Shown: positions 25,201-38,640 of the stretch, one piece after another
How the letters are laid out: the number at the start of each line of letters is the position of its first letter
Position numbering within the stretch: the stretch's first letter is position 1
Assembly (NCBI RefSeq): GCF_001194135.2
Contig: NC_069004.1
Location: 32,728,221 to 32,792,220, forward strand
Reading direction: 5' to 3'
Length of the DNA: 64,000 bases
DNA from: Octopus bimaculoides
Taxonomy: Eukaryota
The notes under the pieces: generated by a model
Database searches by the model: none
Seen by the model: only the letters and a program-made list of their open reading frames with translations
What the model was told of the DNA's origin: nothing
Translations under genes and position numbers: made by a program

Positions 25201-25857
25201 GACATTACACATCCAACGGAGCATATACACTTACATACACACTTTCCAAAATACTTATTATTACTATTAATATGTATTTATGGTTTATTTTCTTAACAAA
25301 ACAAAGAAATATAGACACACACACACACACACACACACACGCATACGCACACAGTTACACATTTGTTTATTCGTTTAACATCAGTTTTTTCATGCTAGCA
25401 TGAGTTAGATGAGAAGCTTGTTGCTGCAGGTCCTTTTGGACCAGATACGCTCCCTATCACCAACCCTTACTGTTTTTTGTTGTTGTTTTCAAGGTAGGGA
25501 TTTTATTCCAGGAAAAAGCCAAGCAACAAGTCATCGTATCAATAGGGAATATTTCACTGAAGCTTTGATATGCAGATAATAACCGTCGTACTCCTGTCAA
25601 GCCATCCAACCCATGCCAGCATGGAAAATGGACGTTAAAGGAGGATGAGGATGATGATTCAAATGTATGTATGTGTGTACAGTCATATACATATATGCAT
25701 ATATATCATCATCGTCGTCAAATATATGTGTAATATATATATATAGAAACCTTGCCAAATCAGACGGAAGCCTGGCTTGCCAGTTCTCTTTCACACCTTC
25801 CAACCCATGCCAGCATGGAAAGCCGACATTAAATGATGATGATTAGGATATATATGT

Positions 25858-26025
25858 ATAGGTGCAGGAGTGGCTGTGTGGTAAGAAGCTTGCTTCCCAA
25901 TCACATTCTTCTGGGTTCAGTCCCACTGTGTGGTACCTTGAGCAAGTGTTTTCTACTACAGCCTCGGGTCAACCAAATTTTTGTGAGTGGATTTGGTAGA
26001 TGGAAACTGAAAGAAGCCTGTTGTA
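25858..26025 (+). mobile_element. SINE family C (copies about 3285-3400, 28525-28650, 33165-33285; inverted 30170-30320, 59300-59462)
   Basis: Recurrent 'GGCTGTGTGGTAAGAAGCTTGCTT...GGTTCAGTCCCA...GTGAGTGGATTTGGTAGA.GGAAACTGAAAGAAGCC'. Confidence 0.8.
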
Positions 26026-26429
26026 TATGTATATGTACGTTAGGAAGGGCATCCAGCTATAGAAACCATGCCAAATCTGACTGGAGCTCTGGAGCTTGGT
26101 GCAGCTCTCCAGCTTAGCAGTTCCAATCAATTTGTCCAACCCATGACAGCATGAAAAGCAGATGCTAAATGATGATGATGATGACAGTGGTGATGATCTG
26201 TGTGTGTGTGTGTGTATCTTTGTGTATGTGTTTTCCCAACACCACCACTTGACAACTGATGTTAGTATGTTTACATCTCTCTCTAACTTAGTGGTTTGGC
26301 AAAACAGACCGATAGAATAAGTACCAAGTTTAACTAAAAAAAAAGTTTTGGGTTTGATTCTTTCAACTAATATTTCTTCAAGGCAGTGCCCCAGCTGTAG
26401 TCTCAAAACTGAAACAGGTAAAAGACAAA

Positions 26430-26473
<44 letters not shown>

Positions 26474-26686
26474 GTGTATATATTAGACACACACATATCA
26501 TACAACAAGCTTCCTACAGTTTCTCTCAGCAAAATCTACTTGCAAGCACTAGTTCACTTAGGACTATAGTAAAACATGTGCATATATACAGAGGCAAGGA
26601 TTGGTGAGTGATAGGAAGAGCATCCATCTGCAAAATCCTACTTCAAATAAGTACCTGTCGAGCCCAGGTTAGCAAATGAATACACA

Positions 26687-26729
<43 letters not shown>

Positions 26730-28759
26730 CGGAAGAAGATAACTCTGTAGTAGAACCCAGCCATTATCTATATTTTATCTTTAAACCTTCCTTATTTTAA
26801 TGCTTTTATTAATTAAAATAAAGGTCTACTCTGAAAGGAATGTCTAGCAGACAAAATACTAAATAACTTTTTATTAATTCTTGCCACTAAATTAATTAAT
26901 TACAACAGGTGGGTGATTGAGTTTGTATTTACGTTTTATAAACTTCCATTTGTTTTTTTATCGTTTTTTTTTCTCTTTTAAATGGTGAGTATTTATTTGT
27001 TTTTAGATCGAATGTTATATCCCAAAACTCTAACTCTGTGCGAATTTGTTTTTAACTGTCGTTTTTAGATTTATGTCTTCAAGTGATTCAAATAGGTCTT
27101 TCCTGAACACATCTAGTTGTCGGTTTTTTTTTATATTTCATGTAATGATTAAACCATTCCCTCAGTACAGACCATATTTTAAATAGTCAAATTTCTTGTT
27201 TAACCAATGTAAAATATAAAGGCCAGCAAGCTCACAAATTTCTGCAGAATCTATGCTTCCCATTGCTATACCAAAAACATTACAGTCCTCCTTTTTCACC
27301 TATTAACCCTTATCAAAAGCCAGTTATAATTTTCTTACATGCAGGATTATTTTGATATCCGATTCCTTAATTTGAATGTAATTTTTTGCCAAAGCTAATC
27401 TTTGGCAAAATCTTCTTCTATAAATTAGTTCAATAACTCACCTTCTTTCTCTCCTCCTCCTTACCCTCCTATTTCTTCTTTTTCCTTATAAGCTCTTTTT
27501 TTTTTTTTCCACCAACCCAATTGTGCCCATCCATACAGGTTTTTATTTATGTACTAAATATACTGTTACTCCACTCTTACTAGCACTACTCATTCATTTA
27601 CTTTGTCCAACTCTCTTGGGATTTCCTTTATAACATTTCTTTCCATTCCTCTGGAACCAAACACTCGGTTTAATTCCATTTCAAGCTGAAACATTAGCCT
27701 TTACCATTTACCGTTCTAGCAGCAACGATTTTCATATTGCTCTGGTTGTTTGGCCCTATTGATAAATATAAGAGTAATTTGATACGGCTTTGAAAATTTC
27801 TACACATTTGGGCTTCATTTTATATATTAATAAGGAAGACCCATAACCCCCCCCCCACACTCACATAATGTTTTTCAATGCTGTATCAATTTACTATATA
27901 TACTATATATATAATAAGTTGATACATATATATGTATCAACAGACAACACTCACACACACGTATGTGTACATATATATATGCATATGTATGTATTATATG
28001 AATGTGTGCGTGTGTGTATATATATATATATATATAATTTTATATATAAATATGTATTAAATTATTTTATATGTATGTATTAGAGATGATATAACTGAAG
28101 GAAATAGGTTCTGTGATTAAGGTTAAATGAATTATTGTATTTAGTTCCATATTCAATTATGTTGGTTTCTATGGGTACTTAGTCTATGACCTTGAGTAAA
28201 TGTTAATGAAATCAGCGTGTGATATAACAGCATTAGTATTGCATTATAGCATAGACAATACCGTTAGAGTACAAACAATATCGTTATACTATATGCAGCA
28301 TAATGATATCAGTACATACACTGCTGCCATGATTTTATAAATATCGGCCTTGATTTTGAATATATTGTGTATTTTTTTTTACTTTGAGGAGAATTGATAG
28401 TTTGTATATCATTCTGTTTGTGTGTGTTGATGGGGTGGAAGGATCGATCTCTTCAAATACTTGATTGTTTTCAATTTTGGTCAGTGCTTATAAGTGCACA
28501 CTTGGTTGTGTGGGGGGGGGGGGTTAAGATGTTTTGTTTGCAACCAGGTGATTTCAGGTCCAATTCCACTGTGTGGCACTTTGAGCAAGTGTCTCCATGC
28601 ATTATAGCCTTAACTCAGCCAATGTTTTGAAGGAGATATTAGTTGACGGAAATTGTAGGACGCCAATTGTGTGTGTATCCTCATCACCATTTCACATCCA
28701 TATTTCATGCTGAAGATGGTTAGATATAGTTTGTGCATGTATATGTGTGTGTGTGTATG

Positions 28760-28858
<99 letters not shown>

Positions 28859-29674
28859 CATCTGTCTTAAACCCTTTTGATACTGATGTGTCTGAAGCTG
28901 CTTCTGGTTCTGTCACAAGAGCTTCTTGTTTTAAAGATGTATAAATTAAAACCTTCCACCAACATTTCAGGTAAAAAACACCAGCTTAGTAATCCTTTCT
29001 ACTATAGACACAATTTGGTGGGGAGGGGCTAGTTAATTACATTGACCCCAGTGGTTCGACTGGTACATATTTTATCGACCACAAAAGGATGAAAGGCTAA
29101 GCCGACCCAGTTGACAGATGATGTGTCCCTAAGCATTTTGGTCGGTGTGCTAACAATTTTGCCAGCTCACTGCCTGACACCAGTTTCATAATGACAGATA
29201 TTCTACTAAATTTCTCATTTTTTAAAAATTAATTAAAACAAAGAAATTAATTAAAACAAAGCCATGTATTTCAAAGGAGACAGGGTAACAAAAGGGTCAG
29301 TTCATGTTCCAAACAACAGCATAATAATGACAAAGTTATTTTACTAAATTCTTCGTTGACTTCAAAATTAATTGAAACAAAAGCAGTGTGTTTTAACAGA
29401 AACAGGGTAACAAAGGGATTAATATAATAACAGTAATAATTTATTTTCATTTTTTTAAATTCCACTTTTGATTTCTAACTTTGGTACAAGCCTGATAATT
29501 TTTATGGAAGAGCTGTTTATTTTATCAACCTTGGAAGGATAGAAAAGAAAATTGAATCGTTGCAGAACCTGAACGCAGAATGTAAGGAAAAGGGGTTGAA
29601 GTCTTGCGAAACTTTTTAGTTTGGTGTTCTGTTGATTCAGTTACCATTCCAAATTCTAGCATTGGAACAAGACC

Positions 29675-29711
<37 letters not shown>

Positions 29712-30819
29712 GGGGCAAAATGGGTGACTCCCAGTCAGGGGCGTAGCTAGGGTAAATGGTACCCAGAGAAAGCATCGAAATTGTGCCCCCTCCCCAACCA
29801 AAAAGTGGAAACTTGCTTAGAAATTGCTTAAAGTTGGCTCCAAGTCTCACCCAGAGACCTCAAGAGACACGAGTTAGAAGTTCATGTTGGTGTTATGCTT
29901 AGGGTATCATATATTTGGTTTTGCTTAAGAAAACATAACAAAATTATAAGTTTGTTTTAAAATTTTATTATTATATAAGGTGGTGAGCTGGCAGAATTGT
30001 TAGCATGCTGGGCGACATGCATAGTGGTATTTCGTTTGTCCTTATGTTCTGAGTTCAAATTCTGCCAAGGCCAACTTTGCCTTTCATCTTTTCAGGTTCA
30101 ATAAATTAAGTACCAGTTGCATACTGGGGATCAATCTAATTGACTGGTTCCTTCCCCCAAAATTTCTTTCAGTTTCCGTCTACCAAATCCACTCACAAGG
30201 CTTTGGTCAGCCTGGAGTTATAGTAGAAGATACTTGCCCAAGGTGGCACACAGTGGGACTGAGCCCAGATCTATGTGATTCGGAAGCAAGCTTCTTACCA
30301 CACAGCCATGCCTGTGCCTATTGTGGATGAAAATATTTCTTATCATCATCATCATCATCTTTATTGTCATTATTGTCATACAACATAAGAACATATGTCA
30401 GAGGGTAATGAGCAAAGAGGTCCTCTATCCTGTCATTAAGGCTCTTGACCCCTTTTGTCTTTGCCCCAAACCCATATTTAGTGGTCTCAGGTTATTTCAT
30501 ATTCAACATCTTAAGTTGTTGTTCCTTATTGTTGTAGTTGTTGTTATTCATCTAGTTGTGTTGTTGTCTTTCTATGTAAATGTCAACCCACTCCACACCA
30601 CCACCATTCAGCTGGAATATAAACGGTGGTGGTGGTGTGGAGTGGGGAGATAAGGTATATTTCAGTTTCAGGTAAGTCGTCTGATTTAATAAGACGTGTC
30701 TCACCTTGTCTAAGTCTTAATCTTAAAATAACATTAAAAATTAATTAATTTTTAAAAAATACTGCTGCTGCAGGCATTGGTAAAATTTGAACTCTTGTTT
30801 CTTTAACTAACCATCTTAA

Positions 30820-30870
30820 CTAAACTAAACTAAACTAAACTAAACTAAACTAAACTAAACTAAACTAAAC
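30820..30870. repeat. (TAAAC)n pentanucleotide microsatellite
   Basis: Perfect tandem TAAAC units. Confidence 0.95.
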
Positions 30871-33074
30871 GTCACCTCAGTAAAATATTTCTGAGATAAT
30901 TGTATTTCTGTATATTTCATTATATATATTTTTTTTTACTATTTTTGTTTTATTTTATTTTTTTTTATTTCTGAAGCTTGTAATAATTATCTCCACAAAC
31001 TCTGTTGTCTGAGTATTGTTAATTAGAATTAATTAAAATGATAGAGAATTATTTTCCATCCCTGTCCCAGCCAGACAAATCATGCGGGTAAGAAGGCCAT
31101 TAGCAATTAATTACTGGTATGTTGGATATCTGCTCTTCTGCAATTCCCCCTAATCATGTCTTGAGTTAATGGGATGTTGTATTTCTGCTTCAGAGAGAGA
31201 CACACACACACACATCTGGTTGTCTTGGACACATTGGTCATACTTCTGCAGGGACACATCATCTGGTTCCTGGCCCTTAATTGTCTCCCTTCTGCACAGA
31301 TGCAATATTTGGTACCTGTTTCATATTTTGTGTCTATTCTGCTGAAGCCTGTCAGTACACATTTGTCTCCCTTCTTCGGGGACACAACATCTGGGGCCAG
31401 GAACAAGTGTTCTAACTACAGAGACACAACATCATGCATGATATTGCATTTCTCTCCCTTCTACAGAGACATATTTCCGGTGCCTGATCCACATTTGCCC
31501 CCTTTCTTTGGGGACACAGCGTCTAAGGTCAGGAACACACATGTTCCAACTACAGAGATGCAACATCTTGTGTGATGTGCATATGTGAATGTTCTACAGG
31601 GACACATTTCTGGTTCCTGGTACCTATTTGTGTATTTCTGACTTGTTCTCTCAACTGCACCTCAGGTACCTTATCAATTTAGCACCAGCTGGGCTGGAAC
31701 TGAAAAGGGAGATGCTAAACTTGTCATTTTGTAACCCTGATCAAACAAACCTAAAACCAGTACTGAGAAGTCAAAATATAGTTTCTTTGTAGAAAACTCT
31801 TGAATATACCTCTTCAAGTGGTGGTGGTCATGGTGCTAAATTGCTTGAGGACTTAAATTCTCTCTAAACAAGACCATCTCTCTTACAAGACCATCTTGTA
31901 AAATGACAAACTCTACTCGCCCTCACCTCCTTTCTCTTTATAAGTAAGTGTTTCTCAGCCTTTTTTGCCAATGGGTCCCACTTATTCCTATTTTACACTA
32001 CTGGACCCGCGGACCCTCACAACCATTCAATGTTTTAAAAAAATCCAGTTATGTTTTTATAATTAAATATTATAAGAAATTGTGTAAAAAGATTGTTGAA
32101 GTATTTTTTTTGTTTTATAGAAGTATAAGCATTCTGTTGCATGTAAGGTTCAGCAACAAAATATTATATGGACTCCCAAGGGCCTGGTGTAAATTAATCC
32201 AGTTAATTCCCCTCTCCCATTAAGACTCCAAATGTGACCACCCTGTTTAGGGCCCCAAGGGATGATGTGCAGTGTTACCTAGTATTTTCCTTATTTTTGA
32301 GCTGTATTGTTATTTAAACTAAAGCAACATGGTGGGTCAATTAATCTGGGTCTTTTTTTAATTTTTTTATAAATTTGAAAATTAATTAATGAAATTAAAA
32401 GTACAATTTGAAATTGAAGTAAATTTAATATTAACAAAGAAAATTAATTAATTCAATGCATATTTGAAATTTGCATGCATATTTGAATGCATATTTGAAA
32501 TTTGCTCTTTTTTTTAGGATTTTTTTTGTTTGTTTTTTTACATTTAATTTTTGTTTAAATATGGAATCGAATTTCAGTCATTTTTATTTCATTTCATTTT
32601 TATTTATATTTATTGTTTAGTTTTGTTGAGACACCTTGCCCTTTCCTATCCCCACAACCCCTATTTATTTCGTGGAGACATTTCTATTTTTTATTTTATT
32701 TTTGTTTAATTTTAGTTTTATCTTTTTTTGTATTTAAGATTTTTTTTTTAGAAAGATGAAAAAATGAGATTCAATTACATTAATTAAAATTCTCATCCCT
32801 CATTGTAATTTTCATTCAGAAATTGTATTCTTTTGATGATGATTATTATTTTTTTTTCATCCATTATTATGTATGTGTGTATGTCTGGGTGTGTGCTCTG
32901 TTGGTAATTAAAGTTTTTATTCGTCAATAGCTAATAGGAGACTAATAAACTAATTATCAATATAAAATATTCATTATCTTCAAATTTAACAAATACATAT
33001 GCATATATATATAGAAACACACAAACATACTTTTACATACATATGTGTATATATTTATGTATGTGTGTGTATAC

Positions 33075-33137
<63 letters not shown>

Positions 33138-33285
33138 CATTTATGTAAATATATATGTATATATAGGTGCAGATATGGCTGTGTGATAAGAAGCTTGCTT
33201 CCCAACCACATGGCTCCGGGTTCAGTCCTAATGCATGGCACCTTGTGAGTGGATTTGGCAGACGGAAATTGAAAGAAGCCTTTCA

Positions 33286-33324
<39 letters not shown>

Positions 33325-33818
33325 TTTTATGTGTATGTGTCTTTGTGTCTGTGCTTGTTCCCCCACCATTACTTGACAACCAATGTAGGTGTGTTTGCAT
33401 CCCCGTAACTTAACGGTTCAGCATAAGAAACAGATAGAGTAAGTTCGAGGCTTACAAAGAGTAAGTCCTGGGGTCGATTTCTTCAACTAAAACCCTGTAA
33501 GGCGGTGCTCCAGCATGGCCGCAGTCAAATGACTGAAACAAGTGAAAGAAGAAAAGAAAATACAAACACACATACATTTCTATACATATATATGTACATA
33601 TGTTTATGCATTTATATATATGTGTATGTATTGACCGTTGACTGGACACTATTCAATTTTTTTTCTCCGTGATTTTCTCCTTGTCTCCGTATTCTTTCTG
33701 TTGAAGAGCGTAGCTCGAAACGTCAAAGACTTTCCGTATTCCCGAGCGTCATACTAATACATCCTTTTGTTATTTACACCACCTGTCCTCGTCTGTTGTT
33801 GTTTTTTCGTATATTCTC

Positions 33819-33878
<60 letters not shown>

Positions 33879-36599
33879 ACATGCACCAAACACACACACA
33901 CACACACATATAGATAGATAGATATATCGAGATAGACTCACATACTTCCTTCTCCTTCATCCGACTTGTATTCATCATTCATTGCTCTCCACCACCCTAT
34001 CTATCATCGATTACATCCACCCCTCAGCCTTGCTATTACTAGGCGGGTCTAGCGATTACACAGAGGCTCATTGGCTTAACTCAACTCAGTTTGACCTACA
34101 AACACCCTCTGTGCAGCCACCCCCCACCCCACACAAATTATGGGTTTCATAGTTAAGGGTGTGCTTTGGTCATAGACACACACAGTGGGAGGAGGGGGTG
34201 CAACTGTTGATGGGATATGAACCTCAACCAGTACCCTTTGAGTTAGACTTACAACTGCAACTCACTGTCGTTCTCTTTCCCTGTTCCAGTTTGTTCCCAC
34301 CCCCACCTTTGCAGCACTCTCTCTCTCTCTCTCTCCCTTACATTTCTTTCTCTTTCTGTCCAACTCTCCTACAAATCTATCTATTTATATATATATGTAT
34401 GTATGTATGTACATGGATACACACATACACACACACATTCATCTATTAATGATAGCCATAAATATGCCTGAAATTTAATTGGACCCAGAAATTTAAAGTG
34501 TCATTCTTGACTGTTGGACAGAAGTGGATGAAAGAAAATCTAGAATCAGAAGAAACTAATAATAGTCTGTGCAGTGTCGAATAGTTGAAATAGAATACGA
34601 CTGGTGGCTAAGTAGCTACAAAATAGTCTGTGAACTTCATGGGATGAAATATAACACTGGTGATTTATATCGGGGAAAAACATTTATATTGCCTGTTTTG
34701 GACAGCAAGAAGTTGCAGGTGCTCTGTGGCGCAATCAGTATTCTGGTCATCTAGAAAGCAAAAGATATGGTTTCCAAATCTTGTTGGAGGGACTGCTTGC
34801 CATAAGTGTGAGAATCTGAGAGGGGAATATGTTGAATAAACTCATAATTAACTGATCCCTCGTGTATTTTCTTCTACCCAAAGCCAGGAACTTTCCAGCA
34901 ACCCCCTTGTACATATGCATAGTCACACGGGCCCTTACACTCACAACACATTCATTTACTCCTACAATTGTATTAGTGGCATTAGACAAGATACTCCATT
35001 TCCCAGTGTACAAATCACTGTTGTTTAATAATATACACACGCAAACATTCAGACATCATCATCATCGTCATTAACTTCTAAAGTTGTAATCTTTTTAATT
35101 TTTTTTTTTTTTTGTTAAATTAATTAAATGCCATTGTTTGTTCTTGTTGATATTGTCCTTGATGATTTTTCTCTTCTATTTATGAAAAACTGAATGCTTT
35201 AAATGCACCTGTCTGATTCCCCCCACCCCACCACTATCGCCACCATTCACCCACGGTATTAGTTTCATATTGTCATCATTGTTAGTTTACTTTTAGGTAC
35301 ATTTAGTCTTGTTCCCTAGCGCTGACAGCATCATCCCTGCCACCATCAACCCACACAGCTTCTTGTGTTGTGCCTCAGCAAAATCCCAAACTAAATTGCT
35401 TGATAGATAAAAAAGTTAACTTAGATATGAGACAAACTAGCAAAAGGATTAGACATTGGTAACGAAGTAGCTTAGATGGCTTAGACATTGATATTAGACT
35501 ATATAGCTTAGACAGTGGCATTAGACAAAATACCCTATTTCCTGGCATACAAGTCACTGTAGCATAGAGTGTACACGTTCAAACATCCTTACTCTCTTCC
35601 CAAATCATCATTGTCTTCCTAAAATTCACACATAATTTTTAGTCTCTACAAAATTTGACTGGTATGCCAGAAAATACAGTAGCAAAATGGCTTAAACATT
35701 GATGTTAGCAAAGTGCAAAATAATACATAGCTACCCACTGACCGCAATCCACCACACGCAATACCTCAAATTGCTTCTAGTTATATATATATGAATTAAC
35801 AGCTAAGTTTTGATGCACAAGATACTATGAGCATTAACATTGAACAGAATAACATTTCCAGTCTAATTTTGAAAGAAAAATGTGGCAGATGCTCTGTAAT
35901 GAAAGCAGTTATGATGTCACTTGAAAGACAATATATACCAGACAGTGTCAAGGGTGTGGCCCATAGCCTATTCTTTTCTTCTCTCAAAGTAATGCTTATA
36001 ATGTCTTAGGACATATTAGAATGCTAGCTGTTAATTTATATATANNNNNNNNNNNNNNNNNNNNNNNNNNNNNNNNNNNNNNNNNNNNNNNNNNNNNNNN
36101 NNNNNNNNNNNNNNNNNNNNNNNNNNNNNNNNNNNNNNNNNNNNNNNNNNNNNNNNNNNNNNNNNNNNNNNNNNNNNNNNNNNNNNNNNNNNNNNNNNNN
36201 NNNNNNNNNNNNNNNNNNNNNNNNNNNNNNNNNNNNNNNNNNNNNNNNNNNNNNNNNNNNNNNNNNNNNNNNNNNNNNNNNNNNNNNNNNNNNNNNNNNN
36301 NNNNNNNNNNNNNNNNNNNNNNNNNNNNNNNNNNNNNNNNNNNNNNNNNNNNNNNNNNNNNNNNNNNNNNNNNNNNNNNNNNNNNNNNNNNNNNNNNNNN
36401 NNNNNNNNNNNNNNNNNNNNNNNNNNNNNNNNNNNNNNNNNNNNNNNNNNNNNNNNNNNNNNNNNNNNNNNNNNNNNNNNNNNNNNNNNNNNNNNNNNNN
36501 NNNNNNNNNNNNNNNNNNNNNNNNNNNNNNNNNNNNNNNNNNNNNNNNNNNNNNNNNNNNNNNNNNNNNNNNNNNNNNNNNNNNNNNNNNNNNNNNNNN

Positions 36600-36633
<34 letters not shown>

Positions 36634-37265
36634 ACATATATACATACATCTATATATGAAATTTGTTTTTACTGTATTATTTATTTTTTATATGCATATG
36701 TTGGTATGGATGGGGGAGGTATTGTCTTTCTGTTCTGTCAATATTGGTTGGTACGTTGTCTCTGGTTCAATTTGCTGATGCGGAAACAGAATTTTTCCAG
36801 GTGAGAAAAACGCAGAACCTGAAAGGGAGTTCCATGAAGTGGTTGAGAAAAATTTCAAGAAAACAGGTCTGCCATTCCGACTTTGCCTTTGCCTCTAGCT
36901 ACAGATAGTTCGCTCCAAGTAGACAGTTTAGTATTTTAGTTCTCCATTCCCCATGTATATATTATATGTGTGAGTGTGAGTGTCTGTCTGTCGAAGTTTA
37001 CGTGTGTGTGTGTTTTTTTGTATGTGTGAATGTGTCTGTCTATATACAATATACATATATAAATACATGTATATATGTATATATATGTATATATATATAT
37101 ATATATATTGCCAGTGGATCATATATCTGAAAACGAAGCACACACTAAAAGTTAGAGCAGTGATGTATTTACATGCAGTTAAATATATGTCTGGTCTTAT
37201 AGTGACCAAAGGGTTTTATGGATGTGAAACTATTGGTCACTCTATGACTGGACATATATTACACT

Positions 37266-37296
<31 letters not shown>

Positions 37297-38339
37297 GCTC
37301 CCCATGAATGTATGCAATCATACGGAGATATATATACATGTATGTATGCATATTGTGTATTTAATTTGAATATGACTATACTAATGACTAAACATTAATT
37401 ATTTTGTTTTATTTAATTATATTTCATTCAAACGATGTATGAATAGAAAGAGAATTCTTTAGGTGGTTTTTTTTTTCTTTCTCTTTTTCAATGATGTAAG
37501 TTTAAACACCAGCATTTTTAAATTAGCAAAGTGCAGTTATTAGGCTAACTTAATAGTGCCATTAATTATATAATTAATATATTAACAATGCTATAAAATC
37601 TCTCAATAACACTACAGAAATAATGCCAATAATGCTTTAAAAAAATGGATGTCACATAATTTATGCATATTCGAAACATGCATCATATTGAAAGATATAA
37701 TGTGCACATTAAAAAAAAAAAAAGTAGCAAACATTATGGTGTTAATTCTTGGTTTGGTAAGTGAAAATTCTCATAACAGGATTTCGTTATGCGAAGGTCA
37801 ATCTGTTAGTTTTATGATCACATTAGCCTTGAATTTCAGAATTAAGCTCATTGTATATAATGCTAATGAAGGTGCATGGCTTGGTGGTTAGGGTGCCAGG
37901 CTCACAATCGTGAGGTTGTGAGTTTGAATCCCTGACCAGGCTGCGTGTTGTGTTCTTGAGCAAGACACTTTATTTCACGTTGCTCCAGTTCACTCAGCTG
38001 TAGAAATGAGTTGCAACATCACTGGTGCCAAGCTGTATCAGCCTTTGCCTTTCCCTTGGATAACATCAGTGGCATGGAGAGAGGAGGCTGGAATGCATGG
38101 GCGACTGCTGGTGTTTCATAAACGACCTTGTCCAGACTTGTGCCTCGGAGGGGAACTTTCTAGGTGCAATCCCATGGTCATTCTTGACCGAAGGGGTTTT
38201 TTACTCTTTACCCTTTACCCCTCATATAATGCTACTGCTAGGTCTCCAGCTGGTTGGCTCAACTTGGAGAATCTGTCTTGTGATCTTCTAATCATATGTT
38301 TGCAGTAGCAGATCTGTGATCTTGGAATGTGGAGAAGTA

Positions 38340-38640
38340 GCTTGACCTGCAACAAATTGAGTTGCAGCATTGCCTTCAGGGTTTGAATGCTGTGGCTCTG
38401 GTAAACCATTTTGCTGTGCTGTTCCGTTACCAAAGCAATGTTTCTGTCACTGTATAATCATCCAGTTCACCCAACATCTTGGAATTCTTCTGATGAATAT
38501 TCATATGGTTTTAATTTTGATAAGGAGTCTATTGGGTTGAAATCCAAGGATTGTGCTGGCCACTGTAGCCAGTCAGCACAAAAAGTCTCTCGTGAGATTT
38601 CTTTATCAATGTACCTCAAGAGGCCCAGACTGATGGGTCA
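38340..38640 (-). mobile_element. Tc1/mariner-superfamily transposase remnant
   Basis: Minus-strand WPAQSLDFNPID at 38527-38562 matches the 'WP.QSPDLNPI(E/D)' third catalytic-residue motif; stop codons follow. Confidence 0.6.

Noticed and set aside
34575-34718. Protein-like frame ending KKLQ|GTGCTC
   Set aside because: Weak donor, no pyrimidine tract before the putative acceptor, no recognisable homology.
36838-36860. Peptide WLRKISR also encoded on the minus strand near 53835-53855
   Set aside because: Different codons, opposite strands and no flanking similarity; a 7-aa match is expected by chance across six frames.
37649-37756. Open frame ending at a perfect phase-0 GTAAGT donor (…MVLILGL)
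   Set aside because: Runs through a poly-A tract in AT-rich, CpG-poor DNA with no promoter motif; GTAAGT is frequent by chance at this scale.
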